A stretch of 64,000 nt of DNA from Candidatus Eiseniibacteriota bacterium (GTDB lineage Bacteria > Eisenbacteria > RBG-16-71-46 > SZUA-252). The position numbers and the translations under genes are program-made. Shown here piece after piece: positions 26,678-38,208 of this stretch. Where the stretch lies: assembly GCA_035716005.1 (NCBI GenBank), contig DASTKG010000052.1, forward strand, positions 6,360-70,359, in the 5' to 3' direction. Every line of letters begins with the position of its first letter. Within the stretch, counting starts at the first letter, position 1. The notes below the pieces were generated by a model. It was not told the origin of the DNA. It made no database searches and worked only from the letters and a program-made list of their open reading frames with translations.

Positions 26678-27801
26678 CGGCCTGGCGCGGAATCTGCCGC
26701 GAATTCCGCGACATCCTGCCGCCGATCCCCGACGCCTCGGTGGTGACGCTCCTCGAGGGGAACACGCCGCTCGTCGCGGCGCCCCGCCTCGCCGAGCGCA
26801 TCGCGCCGGGGCTCTCGCTCCACCTCAAGGTGGAGGGGCAGAATCCCACCGGCTCGTTCAAGGACCGCGGCATGACCGTGGCGGTCTCGAGAGCCGTGGC
26901 GGCCGGGGCGCGCGCGGTCATCTGCGCCTCGACGGGGAACACGTCGGCCTCCGCGGCCGCCTACGCCGGACGCGCCGGGCTACGCTGCGCGGTGGTCATT
27001 CCCGACGGGCAGATCGCGCTCGGAAAGCTGGCCCAGGCGATGGTGCACGGCGCGCGCGTCGTGGCGGTGCGCGGGAATTTCGACCGGGCCCTGGAGCTCG
27101 TCCGCCTCCTCGCCGAGGAGGGCGCCGCGGTCGTCGTGAACTCCGTCAATCCCGACCGGATCGAAGGGCAGAAGACGATCGCCTGGGAGATCGCGGCGGC
27201 GCTCGGCCGCGTGCCCGACCTTCACGCGCTCCCCGTCGGGAACGCCGGCAACATCACGGCGGCCTGGAAGGGATGGACCGAGCGGGCGCGGCTCGTCGGC
27301 GGCGAGCGGCCGCGCATGCTCGGCTTTCAGGCCGAAGGGGCGGCCCCCATCGTCCGCGGCGAGAGGGTGAGCGACCCGAAGACGATCGCCACCGCGATCA
27401 AGATCGGAAATCCCGCCTCGTGGCAGGGCGCGCTCGACGCCCGCGAGCAGTCGGGGGGCCTCATCGAGGCCGTGAGCGACGAGGAGATCCTCGCGGCCTA
27501 CCGGCTCCTCGCCGCGCTCGAAGGTGTCTTCGTGGAGCCGGCGTCGGCCGCGGGGATCGCGGGGCTCCTGAAGCTCGGCGCCCGGGGCGCGATCGCGAAG
27601 GGCGCCGTCGCCGTCTGCACGGTGACCGGGCATGGCCTCAAGGATCCGGAGCGCGCGGTGGCGGTGTCGGGGCGATTCGAGACGGTGGACGCCGAGCTCG
27701 AGGCGCTTCGCCGCGCGATTTTGGCGCCGGGGGCGCCGGGGGAACCTCTGGAGCCGGAGGGGCCATCGGCTCCGTCGGAGCGGAAGGCGCCCCGCGCGTG
27801 A
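26674..27801 (+). CDS. thrC: Threonine synthase
   Basis: PLP-lysine motif GSFKDRG. It overlaps the hom stop by 4 bp. Confidence 0.92.
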   Translation: MTAWRGICREFRDILPPIPDASVVTLLEGNTPLVAAPRLAERIAPGLSLHLKVEGQNPTGSFKDRGMTVAVSRAVAAGARAVICASTGNTSASAAAYAGRAGLRCAVVIPDGQIALGKLAQAMVHGARVVAVRGNFDRALELVRLLAEEGAAVVVNSVNPDRIEGQKTIAWEIAAALGRVPDLHALPVGNAGNITAAWKGWTERARLVGGERPRMLGFQAEGAAPIVRGERVSDPKTIATAIKIGNPASWQGALDAREQSGGLIEAVSDEEILAAYRLLAALEGVFVEPASAAGIAGLLKLGARGAIAKGAVAVCTVTGHGLKDPERAVAVSGRFETVDAELEALRRAILAPGAPGEPLEPEGPSAPSERKAPRA

Positions 27802-28745
27802 AACGGGCGAAGACGCTCGAGCGATGGAGCGCGACCGCGCCCGCCTCGACGTCGAATCTCGGTCCCGGCTTCGACTGTCTCGGCATGGCGATGGCCCTGA
27901 ATCTCACCGTGACGGCGACCCGGATCCCCGAAGGGTTCCGCATCGAGCGGAGGGGCGAAGGGAGCGATCTCGCGCTCGACCCGCATCGCGATCCGGTGCT
28001 CCAGGCCTTCCGCCACCTCTGCCGCCTCGCCCACGAACCCGTCCCCACGGTGGCGCTCCGCATCCGCTCGGCGATTCCCGTGGCTCGCGGCCTCGGGAGC
28101 AGCGCGGCGGCCATCGTGGCGGGGCTCACGCTGGCGAATCACTGGCTCGGCGGGCGATTCGGCGGCGACGCGCTTCTCGAGGAGGCCGTTCGGCTCGAAG
28201 GACACCCCGACAACGTGGCGCCGTCGCTCCGCGGAGGCCTCATCCTCTCTCTGCCGCGATCGGGCGGCCGGATCGAGGCGCTCCGGCTTCCGACTCCGCG
28301 CGGCCTCGGCATCACGCTCCTCGTTCCCGAGATCCGCGTCGGCACGAAGGAGGCGAGAGCGCTCCTTCCGAAAGCGGTTCCGCTGCGCGACGCGGCGGCG
28401 AACACCGCTCGCGCGCTCGCGCTTCTCACCGTCTTCTCGCAACGGCGCTTCGATCTCTTGGCCGACGCGCTCGAGGACGTGTACCATGTGCCCTATCGCG
28501 CGCGTCTCATTCCCGCGTACGGGGCCGTCGCCTCGGCCGGCCGTCGCGCGGGCGCCCACGGCGTGACCATCAGCGGGAGCGGTCCGACGCTCCTCGCGTT
28601 CCACGCCCCCGGCGCGGGCGCGCGCGTCGGCGCCGCCATGATTCGGGCCTTCGCGCGCGCGGGCGTTCGCGCCCGGGCGATCCCCGGCCGGATCGCGCCG
28701 CGAGGGGCTTCCGCCCGCACCCTTCGAGAAAGCCGGAACCGCTGA
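27798..28745 (+). CDS. thrB: Homoserine kinase
   Basis: GHMP-kinase motif [16 protein letters not shown]. The GTG start overlaps the thrC stop (GTGA). Confidence 0.88.
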   Translation: MKRAKTLERWSATAPASTSNLGPGFDCLGMAMALNLTVTATRIPEGFRIERRGEGSDLALDPHRDPVLQAFRHLCRLAHEPVPTVALRIRSAIPVARGLGSSAAAIVAGLTLANHWLGGRFGGDALLEEAVRLEGHPDNVAPSLRGGLILSLPRSGGRIEALRLPTPRGLGITLLVPEIRVGTKEARALLPKAVPLRDAAANTARALALLTVFSQRRFDLLADALEDVYHVPYRARLIPAYGAVASAGRRAGAHGVTISGSGPTLLAFHAPGAGARVGAAMIRAFARAGVRARAIPGRIAPRGASARTLRESRNR

Positions 28746-28746
28746 C

Positions 28747-29964
28747 ATGGGTCTCTTGGTTCAAAAGTACGGTGGAACGTCGGTCGGCTCGCCGGAGCGC
28801 ATCCAGCGGGTGGCCGATCGCATCGCGCGGACGCGCCGGACCGGGACCGGCCTGGTGGTGGTCGTCTCGGCCATGGGCGACACGACCGACGATCTGATCG
28901 ACCTCGCGAAGAAGGTCTCGCCCGAGGAGCATCCGCGCGAGATGGACATGCTTCTCACGGCCGGCGAACGGATTTCGATGGCGCTCGTCGCCATGGCGGT
29001 GCGGGATCGCGGCCAGGAGGCCGTCTCGTTCACGGGCTCGCAGAGCGGGATCGTGACCGACACGTCGCACACGCGGGCGAAGATCGTGGAGATCCGCGCC
29101 GAGCGGATCCGCGAGGAGCTGGCGAAGGGGCGCGTCGTGATCGTGGCGGGGTTCCAGGGCGTGAGCCGGGAGCGCGAAGTCACCACGCTCGGGCGCGGCG
29201 GTTCCGACACCACCGCCGTGGCCCTCGCGGCCGCGCTCGAAGCCGAGGAGTGCGAGATCTACACCGACGTGGACGGCGTCTACACGGCCGACCCGAGGAT
29301 CGTGCCGGGCGCGCGGAAGCTCGCCGCCCTTTCGTACGACGAGATGCTGGAGCTGGCGTCCCTCGGAGCGAAGGTGCTCCACAACCGCTCGGTGGAGATC
29401 GCGCGCCGCTACGGCGTGCCGGTCCACGTGCGCTCCAGCTTCAACTGGAACGAAGGAACCCGAATTCGAAAGGGTGGTTCGATGGAACAGGTCGTCATAC
29501 GCGGCATCGCGCACGACGCGGACGTCGCGAAGATCGCTCTCCTCGGCGTCCCCGACCGGCCGGGCGTGGCGTCGGAGATCTTCCGCGCCGTGGGGAGCCA
29601 GGGAGTGAACGTCCGCATGATCGTGCAGGCGAGCGGCGAAGGGGGGAAGAACGACGTGACGTTCGCCGTCGGCACGCACGACGTGAAGGCGGTGCTCCCC
29701 GTCGTGGAATCCATGCGGAAGGATCTCGGCGCGCGGGCGTTCGTCTACGACCCCGACGTGGCGATCATCTCCGTGGTCGGCGAGGGGCTCGCCACCTCCG
29801 CGGGGACGGCCGGCGCCGTCTTCGAGGCGCTCGCCCAGGCGAAGGTGAACATCGAGCTCATCAGCACCTCGTCCATCACCATCACGTGCATGGTGCGCCA
29901 GGAGGACGTGGAGCGGGCCGTGCGGTCGCTCCACGAGGCGCTCCAACTGGAGCAAGGGCCCTAG
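28747..29964 (+). CDS. lysC: Aspartate kinase
   Basis: KYGGTSV N-terminal motif, kinase domain and two C-terminal ACT domains. Confidence 0.93.
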   Translation: MGLLVQKYGGTSVGSPERIQRVADRIARTRRTGTGLVVVVSAMGDTTDDLIDLAKKVSPEEHPREMDMLLTAGERISMALVAMAVRDRGQEAVSFTGSQSGIVTDTSHTRAKIVEIRAERIREELAKGRVVIVAGFQGVSREREVTTLGRGGSDTTAVALAAALEAEECEIYTDVDGVYTADPRIVPGARKLAALSYDEMLELASLGAKVLHNRSVEIARRYGVPVHVRSSFNWNEGTRIRKGGSMEQVVIRGIAHDADVAKIALLGVPDRPGVASEIFRAVGSQGVNVRMIVQASGEGGKNDVTFAVGTHDVKAVLPVVESMRKDLGARAFVYDPDVAIISVVGEGLATSAGTAGAVFEALAQAKVNIELISTSSITITCMVRQEDVERAVRSLHEALQLEQGP

Positions 29965-29990
29965 CGGGGGCTCTTCCGGACGCTTCCGCC

Positions 29991-30737
29991 ATGGAATGGC
30001 GCGAGAAGCCATCGGTTCTGCGCCGCGGAGCGGCCCCACCGGATGAACGGACTTCGGCGATCGTCCTCGCGATCGCGTGCGCCCTCCATCTCCTCATCGT
30101 TCCCCTCTTCCTCATCCGGATCAAGCCGCCGACGGAGATCTCGCTTCCGAGCGGCGCCGGGACGCCGACGCGCACGCAGCTCGTGAAGCTCGCGCCGCTC
30201 CGCACGCTTCCCGCGCCGGAGGCCGAGGCCGCTTCGGCGAAGGCGAAGCCGAAGCCCGCGCTCCTGAAGAAGTACACGAAGGGCGCGAAGATCGCCATTC
30301 GCGAGGAGCGCGGGCCGGTCAAGAAGGGGAAGGCCGAGGAGACGAAGGCGGCGCCCGAGAAGAAGGAGACGGCCTCGGCGGCCGATCTCATGCCGAGGTG
30401 GTTCTCGAACGACTCGACGCGCGCGACCAGCGCCCTGACGGACGGCGATTTCCGGTTCGCGTATTATCTCGCGGCCATCCGGAACAAGATCGGCTCGCGG
30501 TGGGTTCCTCCCACGGAGGTGGACGGCCGCGACCGCCCGGTGAAGACGGTGCTCTATTTCCGGGTGCAGCGCGACGGCAAGATCTCGCAGGCGTCGGTCG
30601 AGAAGTCGTCCGGATACGCGTTCTTCGATCAGACCGCGATGCGGGCGCTGCTGGCGGCGGCGCCGCTTCCGCCCCTTCCGGCGGGCTACACGGACAACTA
30701 CTTGGGGGTTCATTTTGGCTTCGAATTCCAGCAGTAG
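29991..30737 (+). CDS. TonB/TolA-like energy-transducer protein (TonB C-terminal domain)
   Basis: N-terminal TM anchor, Pro/Lys/Ala-rich linker and a TonB_C domain (YYLAAIRNKIGSRWVPP...VLYFRVQRDGKI...GYAFFDQTAMRAL). It sits immediately upstream of tolB. Confidence 0.8.
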   Translation: MEWREKPSVLRRGAAPPDERTSAIVLAIACALHLLIVPLFLIRIKPPTEISLPSGAGTPTRTQLVKLAPLRTLPAPEAEAASAKAKPKPALLKKYTKGAKIAIREERGPVKKGKAEETKAAPEKKETASAADLMPRWFSNDSTRATSALTDGDFRFAYYLAAIRNKIGSRWVPPTEVDGRDRPVKTVLYFRVQRDGKISQASVEKSSGYAFFDQTAMRALLAAAPLPPLPAGYTDNYLGVHFGFEFQQ

Positions 30738-32019
30738 GGCGCGGGCCGCCGCGGCGGGCCTCGCGCTCCTCCTCCTAGCGCTCGCCGGCGCTCCGCGCGA
30801 GGCGGGAGCCCAGTCCGACGTGCGGATCGGCGTTCAGGCCTCGGGATCGAACAAGTCGCCGCTCCTCCTCGGCACGTTCGTCGCCGGAAGCGGAGCGGGG
30901 CGCGCGGCGACCCAGGCGCACGACGTGGTGCGAAGCGACTTCGATCTCTCCGGAATCTTCACCGTGCGGGAGGTGCCGGAGCTCGACGGAACGCTCACCC
31001 CGAATCCGGGCCTCTCCGGCTCGGTGCGGGTCGAAGGAAGGGTCGATGCCGACGGGGGCGGCTTCAAGCTGACCGGCGAAGCCTTCGATCTCGGCACGGC
31101 CGAATCGGTCTTCCGGCGCACCTACACGTTCGTCCCCGCGGCGGGCCGCGCCACGGCCCACCGCTTCGTGGACGACGTCATCGAGGCGCTCACCGGCGAG
31201 CGGGGCATCTGCGAGACGCAGATCGCCTTCGTCCGCCAGTCCGGGAAGATGAAGGAGATCTGGGTGATGGACTACGACGGCGAGAATCAGCGGCAGCTGA
31301 CGCACGATCGGAGCATCGCCATCTCCCCCACGTGGGCTCCGTGGGGCACCGAGATCGCCTTCACCACGTTCAAGCGCGGCAATCCCGATCTCTACCTCTT
31401 CGATCTCCGGCGCGGGGCGTCGTATCCCTTCTCGACCAGGCCGGGACTCAACACGGCGCCCTCCTATTCGCCGGACGGGAAGTGGATCGCCTGCACGCTC
31501 TCGCGGGACGGGAACGCGGAGGTCTACCTCGTCAGCCGGGACGCGCAGACGGCGAAGCGCCTCACCCGGAACCCGCGCATCGACTCCTCGCCCTGTTTCA
31601 GCCCGACGGGACGCGACATCGTCTTCACGTCCGACCGCTCCGGCTCCCCGCAGCTCTACGTGATGGACACCGAGGGCGTGAACCAGCGCCTCCTCACGAT
31701 GGAAGGGAAGTACAACGATTCGCCGCAGTGGTCGCCCAAAGGGGACAAGATCGTCTACGCGGCGCGGCACGACGGGATCTTCGACATCGTGGTCATCGAG
31801 TCGAACGGCCAGAATCCGATCCAGGTCACGTCGGACGCCGGGCACAACGAGAACCCGCGCTGGTCGGCGGACGGCCGGAAGATCATCTTCTCGAGCAGCC
31901 GGAGCGGCCGCCGGCAGATCTACATGATGAATCTCGACGGAAGCGACGTCGTTCAGCTGACGCGAACGGACGAAAGCTACAATCCGGCCGCGGGGCCGAG
32001 ACCCCGCCGGAAGGGATGA
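30715..32019 (+). CDS. tolB: Tol-Pal system beta-propeller protein TolB
   Basis: Signal peptide, TolB N-domain and repeated PD40 motifs (SPDGKWIA, SPTGRDIVFTSDRSG, SPKGDKIVYAA, SADGRKIIFSS). TTG start overlaps the upstream gene. Confidence 0.9.
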   Translation: MASNSSSRARAAAAGLALLLLALAGAPREAGAQSDVRIGVQASGSNKSPLLLGTFVAGSGAGRAATQAHDVVRSDFDLSGIFTVREVPELDGTLTPNPGLSGSVRVEGRVDADGGGFKLTGEAFDLGTAESVFRRTYTFVPAAGRATAHRFVDDVIEALTGERGICETQIAFVRQSGKMKEIWVMDYDGENQRQLTHDRSIAISPTWAPWGTEIAFTTFKRGNPDLYLFDLRRGASYPFSTRPGLNTAPSYSPDGKWIACTLSRDGNAEVYLVSRDAQTAKRLTRNPRIDSSPCFSPTGRDIVFTSDRSGSPQLYVMDTEGVNQRLLTMEGKYNDSPQWSPKGDKIVYAARHDGIFDIVVIESNGQNPIQVTSDAGHNENPRWSADGRKIIFSSSRSGRRQIYMMNLDGSDVVQLTRTDESYNPAAGPRPRRKG

Positions 32020-32023
32020 TCCC

Positions 32024-32052
32024 TTCGGGCGGGTTGACGCTCTCGCGGGCCT
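32024..32052 (+). promoter_or_regulatory. Candidate sigma70 promoter TTGACG-N17-(TGa)TAGGGT upstream of pal
   Basis: Near-consensus -35 with an extended -10 TG, in the 102-bp tolB-pal gap. Confidence 0.3.
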
Positions 32053-32121
32053 GTGATAGGGTGCCTAGGTAGCCCGAAGTCATTGTAGGACAACACTCTG
32101 ACCCAGATGGGGGATTGCAGA

Positions 32122-32652
32122 ATGCGCAGCGCGCCACGGATGGTTAGCCTGGCCACAGCGGGGTTGCTCGCCGCCCTCCTGGTGGCCGTCGGATGTGCCT
32201 CACGCAAGCAGGTCAGCACCGCCCAGGTCGAGCCGCCTCCTCCGGCCACGACGACGCCGCAGGAAACGACTCCGCCGCCTCCGCCCCCGCCGGCCCAGAC
32301 GGAAGACGATTCGGCCACGCGGATGGCGATGACGGACGCCTTCTTCGACTTCGACGAGGCGGCCCTTCGCGACGACGCGAAGGCCGCGCTCACGAACAAC
32401 GCGAAGTGGATGGAGAAGAACGCCTCCGCGAACGTGATCATCGAGGGCCACTGCGACGAGCGGGGCTCGGTCGAGTACAACCTGGCGCTCGGCGAGCGGC
32501 GCGCGAAGGCGGCGAAGGAATATCTCGTCTCCTACGGCATCGCCGCGGGCCGCATGACGACGATTTCGTACGGCAAGGAGCGGCCGTTCGACCCGGGGCA
32601 CGACGAGAACGCCTGGGCGCAGAATCGCCGCGCGCACTTCATCTCGAAATGA
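32122..32652 (+). CDS. pal: Peptidoglycan-associated lipoprotein Pal (OmpA-family)
   Basis: Lipobox LLVAVGC. Pro/Thr-rich linker. OmpA-like domain ([23 protein letters not shown]). Start is chosen at ATG 32122; the ORF extends to 32107. Confidence 0.88.
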   Translation: MRSAPRMVSLATAGLLAALLVAVGCASRKQVSTAQVEPPPPATTTPQETTPPPPPPPAQTEDDSATRMAMTDAFFDFDEAALRDDAKAALTNNAKWMEKNASANVIIEGHCDERGSVEYNLALGERRAKAAKEYLVSYGIAAGRMTTISYGKERPFDPGHDENAWAQNRRAHFISK

Positions 32653-33455
32653 TCGACGTGGGCCGCGCGACTTCGGGGCGCTCACGCAGCGGTAGCACCC
32701 TTCGGGGGCCGGTCGCGGCCGTCGCGTTCGCCGTCCTCGTGACGGCGGGTGCGTTCGGCTGCGCCCCGAGCGGCTACTACAACGCCTCGCAGTCCTCCCT
32801 CGACAGCCTCATGACGACGCAGGCCGAAATCCTGAAACGCGTGGACGCCCTCGACAAGAAGGTCGAGGCGACGCGCGAATCGGTCCAGACCACGCGCGCG
32901 AACACCGACACGCGGCTCACGGAGGTTTCGCAGCGGCTCGACGTCATGGAAGGGAAGATGGACGAATCGGGCGAGCGCTTCAGCAGCGTGGCCCAGAAGA
33001 TCGACACGGTGAGGGAGCGGCTCTCGCGCGCCGACAGCACGCGGGCGGCGTCGGGCATCGTCCGCGCCGACACCAGCGCGATCCTCGATCCGGAGGCGGC
33101 CTACAACGCCGCCTACGCCGACCTCTCGGCGGGGCGCTACGATCTCGCGCGGCAGGCGTTCGGCGAGTACCTGAAGCACTACCCCGACACCGAGCGGTCG
33201 GACAACGCGCAGTACTGGGTGGGCGAGTGTCTCTACGCCACGGGCGATTTCGACGGCGCCATCGCCGAGTACGCGAAGGTGGTGGAGCGCTATCCCAAAG
33301 GGGACAAGGTCGCCGCGGCGCTCTTGAAGACGGGATACGCGCACGCCCGGATGAACCGCGCCGACCAGGCCAAGAAGTTCTTCCAGCAGGTCGTGAATCG
33401 TTACCCGAAGAGCGACGAAGCCCGCCTCGCCAAGGAACGTTTGGCATCTAAATAG
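32649..33455 (+). CDS. cpoB: Tol-Pal system protein CpoB/YbgF (coiled-coil + TPR)
   Basis: Signal peptide, coiled-coil region and C-terminal TPR repeats ([30 protein letters not shown]...). The ATG overlaps the pal stop (ATGA). Confidence 0.8.
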   Translation: MIDVGRATSGRSRSGSTLRGPVAAVAFAVLVTAGAFGCAPSGYYNASQSSLDSLMTTQAEILKRVDALDKKVEATRESVQTTRANTDTRLTEVSQRLDVMEGKMDESGERFSSVAQKIDTVRERLSRADSTRAASGIVRADTSAILDPEAAYNAAYADLSAGRYDLARQAFGEYLKHYPDTERSDNAQYWVGECLYATGDFDGAIAEYAKVVERYPKGDKVAAALLKTGYAHARMNRADQAKKFFQQVVNRYPKSDEARLAKERLASK

Positions 33456-33508
33456 CGCCCAGTTCGGGCCGCTTCGCGGATCCCCCGCCGGACGGCCCGG
33501 GTGAAGCC

Positions 33509-36154
33509 ATGCGATTCGAGAAGCTGACGACGAAGAGCCAGGAGGCCCTGGCCCAGGCCGAATCGGGCGCGTCCCGCGCCGGCCACCCCGAAGTGCGCCC
33601 CGAGCACCTGCTCGTCGCCCTCCTCCGCCAGAAGGACGGAGCCGTCCGCCCCGTTCTGGAGGGGGCCCGCGTCGACGCCGCCGCGCTCGAGAACGCCGTC
33701 GAAGCGAAGCTCGACCGGCTGCCCAAAGTGGGCGGCTCGCGGCAGATCGTCCTCGCGCCCGCGTTGAGCCGGATCCTCGAGCAGTCGTTCGTGGAGGCGG
33801 AGCGCCTTCAGGACGAGTACGTCAGCACCGAGCATCTCCTCCTCGCCATGCTCGATCCCGGATCCTCCTCCGAAGCGGGGGAGATCCTCAACGCCCACGG
33901 CGCGACGCGCGAGGCGGTCTACCACGCTCTCCTCGAAATCCGGGGGGGCGAGCAGGTCACCTCGCCCGATCCCGAGGAGAAGTACCAGGCCCTCGCGAAG
34001 TACGCGCGCGATCTCACGGAGATGGCGCGCAAGGGGTCGCTCGATCCGGTCATCGGCCGCGACGAGGAGATCCGCCGGGTCATCCAGGTCCTTTCCCGGC
34101 GCACGAAGAACAACCCGGTCCTCATCGGCGAACCGGGCGTGGGGAAGACCGCCATCGCGGAGGGGCTCGCGCAGCGCATCGTGAGCGGCGACGTTCCCGA
34201 AGGTCTCAAGTCGCGCCGCATCCTGGCCCTCGATCTCGGATCCCTCCTCGCGGGCGCCCAGTTCCGCGGCCAGTTCGAGGAGCGCCTCAAGTCGGTGCTC
34301 AAGGAAGTGACGCGCTCGGCGGGCCAGGTCATCCTCTTCATCGACGAGCTCCACACGCTCGTCGGGGCCGGCGCGGCCGAGGGCGCGCTCGACGCCTCGA
34401 ACCTCCTGAAGCCGGCCCTCGCCCGCGGCGAGCTCCACTGCGTCGGCGCCACGACGCTCGACGAGTACCGGAAGCGGATCGAGAAGGACGCCGCGCTCGA
34501 GCGGCGCTTCCAGCCCGTCTTCGTCGGAGAGCCGACGGTGGAGCAGACGATCGCGATCCTCCGCGGCCTGCGCGAGCGCTACGAAACCTTCCACAAGGTG
34601 AAGATCCAGGACAGCGCGCTCGTGGCCGCGGCCGTCCTCTCGCACCGCTATCTCCCCGACCGCCAGCTCCCCGACAAGGCGATCGACCTCGTGGACGAGG
34701 CCGCGTCGCGGCTTCGCATCGAGATCGACAGCCTTCCGTCCGAAATCGACACGCTCGAGAGGAAGAAGCGCCGGCTGGAGGTGGAGCGCCTCGCGCTGAA
34801 GCGCGAGAAGGACGACGCCTCGAAGGCGCGCCGCCGCGACATCGAGGCGGAGATCGAGGCGACGGAGAAGGAGCTTTCCCGGCTGCGCGCCCACTGGGAG
34901 AAGGAGCGCGCACGCATCCAGGTGATCCACGAGATCCGCGAGCGGATGGAGGCCATGAAGACCGAGCAGCAGCGCGCGGAGCGCGACTCCGATCTCGAGC
35001 GCGTGGCGCGCATCCGGCACGGCGACATCCCGAAACTCGAAAAGCAGCTCGCCGCCGAGACGGCGGCCCTCGCCGATTTGCAGAAGGACTTGAAGATCCT
35101 GAAGGAGGAGGTGGACGAAGAGGACATCGCCGAGGTGGTGGCGCGCTGGAGCGGCATCCCGGTGCAGCGGCTCCTCGAAGGGGAAGTCGAGAAGCTCCTC
35201 CGCATGGAGGAGCGGTTGGGCGAGCGCGTCGTGGGGCAGGATCGGGCGGTCCGCGCCGTCTCCGACGCGGTGCGCCGGGGCCGGGCCGGGCTCCAGGATC
35301 CGAACCGCCCGCTCGGATCGTTCCTCTTCCTCGGGCCGACCGGCGTCGGGAAGACCGAGCTGGCGCGGGCCCTGGCGCAATTCCTCTTCGACGACGAGCG
35401 CGCCATGGTGCGGATCGACATGTCGGAGTACATGGAGAAGCACGCCGTGGCCCGCCTCATCGGATCGCCCCCGGGCTACGTCGGCTACGAGGAGGGGGGC
35501 CAACTGACCGAGGCGGTGCGGCGCCGGCCCTACTCCGTCATCCTCCTCGACGAGATCGAGAAGGCGCACCCCGACGTGGCGCAGGTTCTCCTGCAGATCC
35601 TGGAGGACGGGCGGCTCACCGACGGGCAGGGGCGCACCGTCGAATTCAAGAACGTCATCGTCATCATGACGAGCAACATCGGAAGCGATCTGATTCTCGA
35701 GTCGGGCGGAGAAGGGAGCGAGCGGATGCGCGCGCGGCTTCTCGAGGCTCTGCGCGGCCACTTCCGCCCCGAGCTCCTGAACCGGATCGACGAGATCCTC
35801 GTCTTCGAGCCGCTCACGATGGACGCGCTCGAGCGGATCGTCACCCTCGAGCTCCGGAAGGTGGAGCGGCGTCTCCGCGACCGGGAGCTGACGCTGCGCC
35901 CCGATCCGGAGGTCCTGGCCTATCTCGCGCGGGAAGGGTACGACCCGGCCTACGGAGCCCGCCCCCTCAGGCGGCTCATCGAACGGCTGGTCCAGAATCC
36001 GCTCGCCCGACGAATCCTCACGGGCGAGTTCCAGCCGGGCGACGCCATCCGAGTACGGCTCGGCGACACGCGGGCCGGCGCCGACGCCGGGGAATTCCGC
36101 TTCGAGCGCGAGGAAAAGCCCGAAACCGCAAGCGCCGGGGCGTTTTCCGCTTGA
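33509..36154 (+). CDS. clpB: ATP-dependent chaperone ClpB
   Basis: 881 aa. Two AAA+ modules (GEPGVGKT and GPTGVGKT) with a long middle coiled-coil. Confidence 0.96.
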   Translation: MRFEKLTTKSQEALAQAESGASRAGHPEVRPEHLLVALLRQKDGAVRPVLEGARVDAAALENAVEAKLDRLPKVGGSRQIVLAPALSRILEQSFVEAERLQDEYVSTEHLLLAMLDPGSSSEAGEILNAHGATREAVYHALLEIRGGEQVTSPDPEEKYQALAKYARDLTEMARKGSLDPVIGRDEEIRRVIQVLSRRTKNNPVLIGEPGVGKTAIAEGLAQRIVSGDVPEGLKSRRILALDLGSLLAGAQFRGQFEERLKSVLKEVTRSAGQVILFIDELHTLVGAGAAEGALDASNLLKPALARGELHCVGATTLDEYRKRIEKDAALERRFQPVFVGEPTVEQTIAILRGLRERYETFHKVKIQDSALVAAAVLSHRYLPDRQLPDKAIDLVDEAASRLRIEIDSLPSEIDTLERKKRRLEVERLALKREKDDASKARRRDIEAEIEATEKELSRLRAHWEKERARIQVIHEIRERMEAMKTEQQRAERDSDLERVARIRHGDIPKLEKQLAAETAALADLQKDLKILKEEVDEEDIAEVVARWSGIPVQRLLEGEVEKLLRMEERLGERVVGQDRAVRAVSDAVRRGRAGLQDPNRPLGSFLFLGPTGVGKTELARALAQFLFDDERAMVRIDMSEYMEKHAVARLIGSPPGYVGYEEGGQLTEAVRRRPYSVILLDEIEKAHPDVAQVLLQILEDGRLTDGQGRTVEFKNVIVIMTSNIGSDLILESGGEGSERMRARLLEALRGHFRPELLNRIDEILVFEPLTMDALERIVTLELRKVERRLRDRELTLRPDPEVLAYLAREGYDPAYGARPLRRLIERLVQNPLARRILTGEFQPGDAIRVRLGDTRAGADAGEFRFEREEKPETASAGAFSA

Positions 36155-36234
36155 CGCCCCCTCGCGGGCGCCGCTAGCGTGGCGGTTCGCGTCACGGGGA
36201 ACCGATCGAATCCCACTTCATCCCGCCGAGGTCC

Positions 36235-36717
36235 ATGACGGTCGGTCTATTCATGCGCCTTTCCGAACTGCTGAACGAGCAATCGATCAGTCTCTCCTTG
36301 TCTGCCCGAGACAAGGAGTCGTGCATCAAGGAGCTCGTTCAGCTCCTGGAGAGCGCGCACGGCGTGAACACCAAGGGCGAGATCCTCAGCAAGGTCCTCC
36401 AGCGCGAATCGATGATGTCGACGGGCATCGGGAACGGCGTGGCGATTCCACACGGCAAGACCCGACTCCTCGACCATCTCGTCGCCGCCTGCGCGGTGGC
36501 CCCCGCCGGGGTCGAATTCGACACCATGGACGGGGAGCCGGCGACTCTATTCATCCTCCTCGTCTCGCCGGAAAGCCTTCGGGGACCGCACGTAAAGGCG
36601 CTGGCGAACGTGTCGAGGCTCCTGAAGGAGGAGTCGGTCCGCGCGGCTCTCCGCGAGTGCGATTCCCCCCGCCGCTTTCTAGAGGTCCTTCGCGAGGCCG
36701 AGAGCCGGTATCTTTAA
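36235..36717 (+). CDS. PTS EIIA (fructose/nitrogen-regulatory, PtsN-like) protein
   Basis: EIIA-Ntr fold signature with the phosphorylatable His in GNGVAIPHGK. Confidence 0.75.
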   Translation: MTVGLFMRLSELLNEQSISLSLSARDKESCIKELVQLLESAHGVNTKGEILSKVLQRESMMSTGIGNGVAIPHGKTRLLDHLVAACAVAPAGVEFDTMDGEPATLFILLVSPESLRGPHVKALANVSRLLKEESVRAALRECDSPRRFLEVLREAESRYL

Positions 36718-36816
36718 GCCGGACCGCTCCCCCACGGCCGGGTTGACGCCGGGGCCGCCCCCCTGATACCGTTTCGCCGTCTACTGCCGTCCCCCAGAAA
36801 GGAGTAAATCCCTTCC

Positions 36817-38157
36817 ATGAAGTCGCTGCATGGCCTTTTGGCGGGCGCCCTCCTGCTTGTGGCGGTCGCCGGCTGTTCCGAGGATTCGAAAACCGTCAAG
36901 GGCACGGGGTCGTACGCCCCGATCATCACCGGCCTCAAGAACGCGACCGGCGAGCCCGCGATTCGCGGCATTCCGAACGATCTCCAAGTCATCGTCACGA
37001 ACGTCAACGCCCTTCCGCTGACGGTCCACTGGGCCGCCACGGCGGGAGTCTTCTCCGACTCCACCACGCTCGACGCCGTCTGGACGCCCCCCGACACGGT
37101 CGGCACGTACAGCATCACCGTCTCCGTGGAGGCGAGCGACGCGACGCAGTACTTCTTCAAGACGACGACCTTCAGCGTCTACGTCGACAATCTCTACGAG
37201 CGCTGGACCAAGACCGACGCCATTCAGTTCGATCCGGCTCCCACCACGAGCGGCGCTCTCGTCTACGCGGAAATCCGCAACAACGTGACGGGCGAAGGCG
37301 ACGTCTATCGAGTCAGCTCGCCGATGGGCGGGGCCGAACAGATCTCCACCAGCTTCTACCGGGTGTCGTCGCCGACGCCCCGCGGGGACGAGCAGCAGAT
37401 CGCCTTCGCCGGCCGGCGCCGCTCCAGCGATTCCACGTCGATCTGGCTCGTTCCGTGGTCGGGCGCCGACACGCTCGGCGCGACGAAGCTGAGCCAGGCG
37501 AACACGCAGTTCCAGCGATTCCTCGCGCATCCGAGATTCGCCTGGAACGGCGGCTTCCTCATGTACGCCAGCGATTCGAATCTCGTCGGCTTCCCGAAGC
37601 TCTGGTACCGCGACGTCATCAACCCGGCCGCGCCGGTTCCCTTCATGAGCGTCGCCAACAACTCGAATCTCGTCCTCGACTCGTACCTGCCGGCGAATTG
37701 GGGCCCGGGCGGGTCGAACGTGGCGGCGCCCGAGTCGGTCGTCACGCAATCGTTCGAACTGTTCAACAACGTGGGGCAGACCGCGCGGGGCGCGTTCAAG
37801 TTCAAGACGCTCCTCTTCGGGCAGACGCCGCCGACCAGCGATCAGGCCTGGATCGCGGACACGACGTTCGCGGAGCCCGACTGGTCCTCCGACGGCAAGT
37901 ACATCGTCTTCTCGAGACGCGACCCGGCGGCGAGCGATCGCGACATCTGGATCGTCGCGACCAACGCCACGAGTCTCGCCGAAGCCAAACAGGTCACTCG
38001 GGGCCCCGCGGACGATTTCCACCCGCGGTTCTCGAAGGACGGAAACACCATCTACTTCGTCTCGAATCGCCAGGATCGCTACGGGCTGAACGGCCTCTTC
38101 CTCACGGAGAGGCGCGGCACCAACCTCTGGAGCGTCCGCCGATTCGATTTACCGTAG
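36817..38157 (+). CDS. Lipoprotein with Ig-like and PD40/TolB-like beta-propeller repeats
   Basis: Lipobox LVAVAGC. PD40-like motifs (WSSDGKYIVFSRRD, FSKDGNTIYFVSNRQD). RBS is AAAGGAG. Confidence 0.7.
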   Translation: MKSLHGLLAGALLLVAVAGCSEDSKTVKGTGSYAPIITGLKNATGEPAIRGIPNDLQVIVTNVNALPLTVHWAATAGVFSDSTTLDAVWTPPDTVGTYSITVSVEASDATQYFFKTTTFSVYVDNLYERWTKTDAIQFDPAPTTSGALVYAEIRNNVTGEGDVYRVSSPMGGAEQISTSFYRVSSPTPRGDEQQIAFAGRRRSSDSTSIWLVPWSGADTLGATKLSQANTQFQRFLAHPRFAWNGGFLMYASDSNLVGFPKLWYRDVINPAAPVPFMSVANNSNLVLDSYLPANWGPGGSNVAAPESVVTQSFELFNNVGQTARGAFKFKTLLFGQTPPTSDQAWIADTTFAEPDWSSDGKYIVFSRRDPAASDRDIWIVATNATSLAEAKQVTRGPADDFHPRFSKDGNTIYFVSNRQDRYGLNGLFLTERRGTNLWSVRRFDLP

Positions 38158-38168
38158 GGAAATCGATC

Positions 38169-38196
38169 GGGGGACCGGACGGCCCGCCGGTCCCCC
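38169..38196 (+). promoter_or_regulatory. Perfect 10-bp GC stem-loop GGGGGACCGG-N8-CCGGTCCCCC
   Basis: Located between the lipoprotein stop (38157) and the RBS/start of the PLP enzyme (38209). No U-tract follows. It may act as a terminator/attenuator or occlude the RBS. Confidence 0.4.
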
Positions 38197-38208
38197 GATG
38201 AGGTCCCC

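Noticed and set aside
33401-35761. 786-aa minus ORF antisense to clpB, and similar antisense ORFs at 40717..42786, 44949..47354, 47303..49105, 49886..51925, 52601..56455, 56308..59730 and 61709..63694
   Set aside because: All are antisense to strongly supported genes. They have shadow-ORF composition and no domain motifs.
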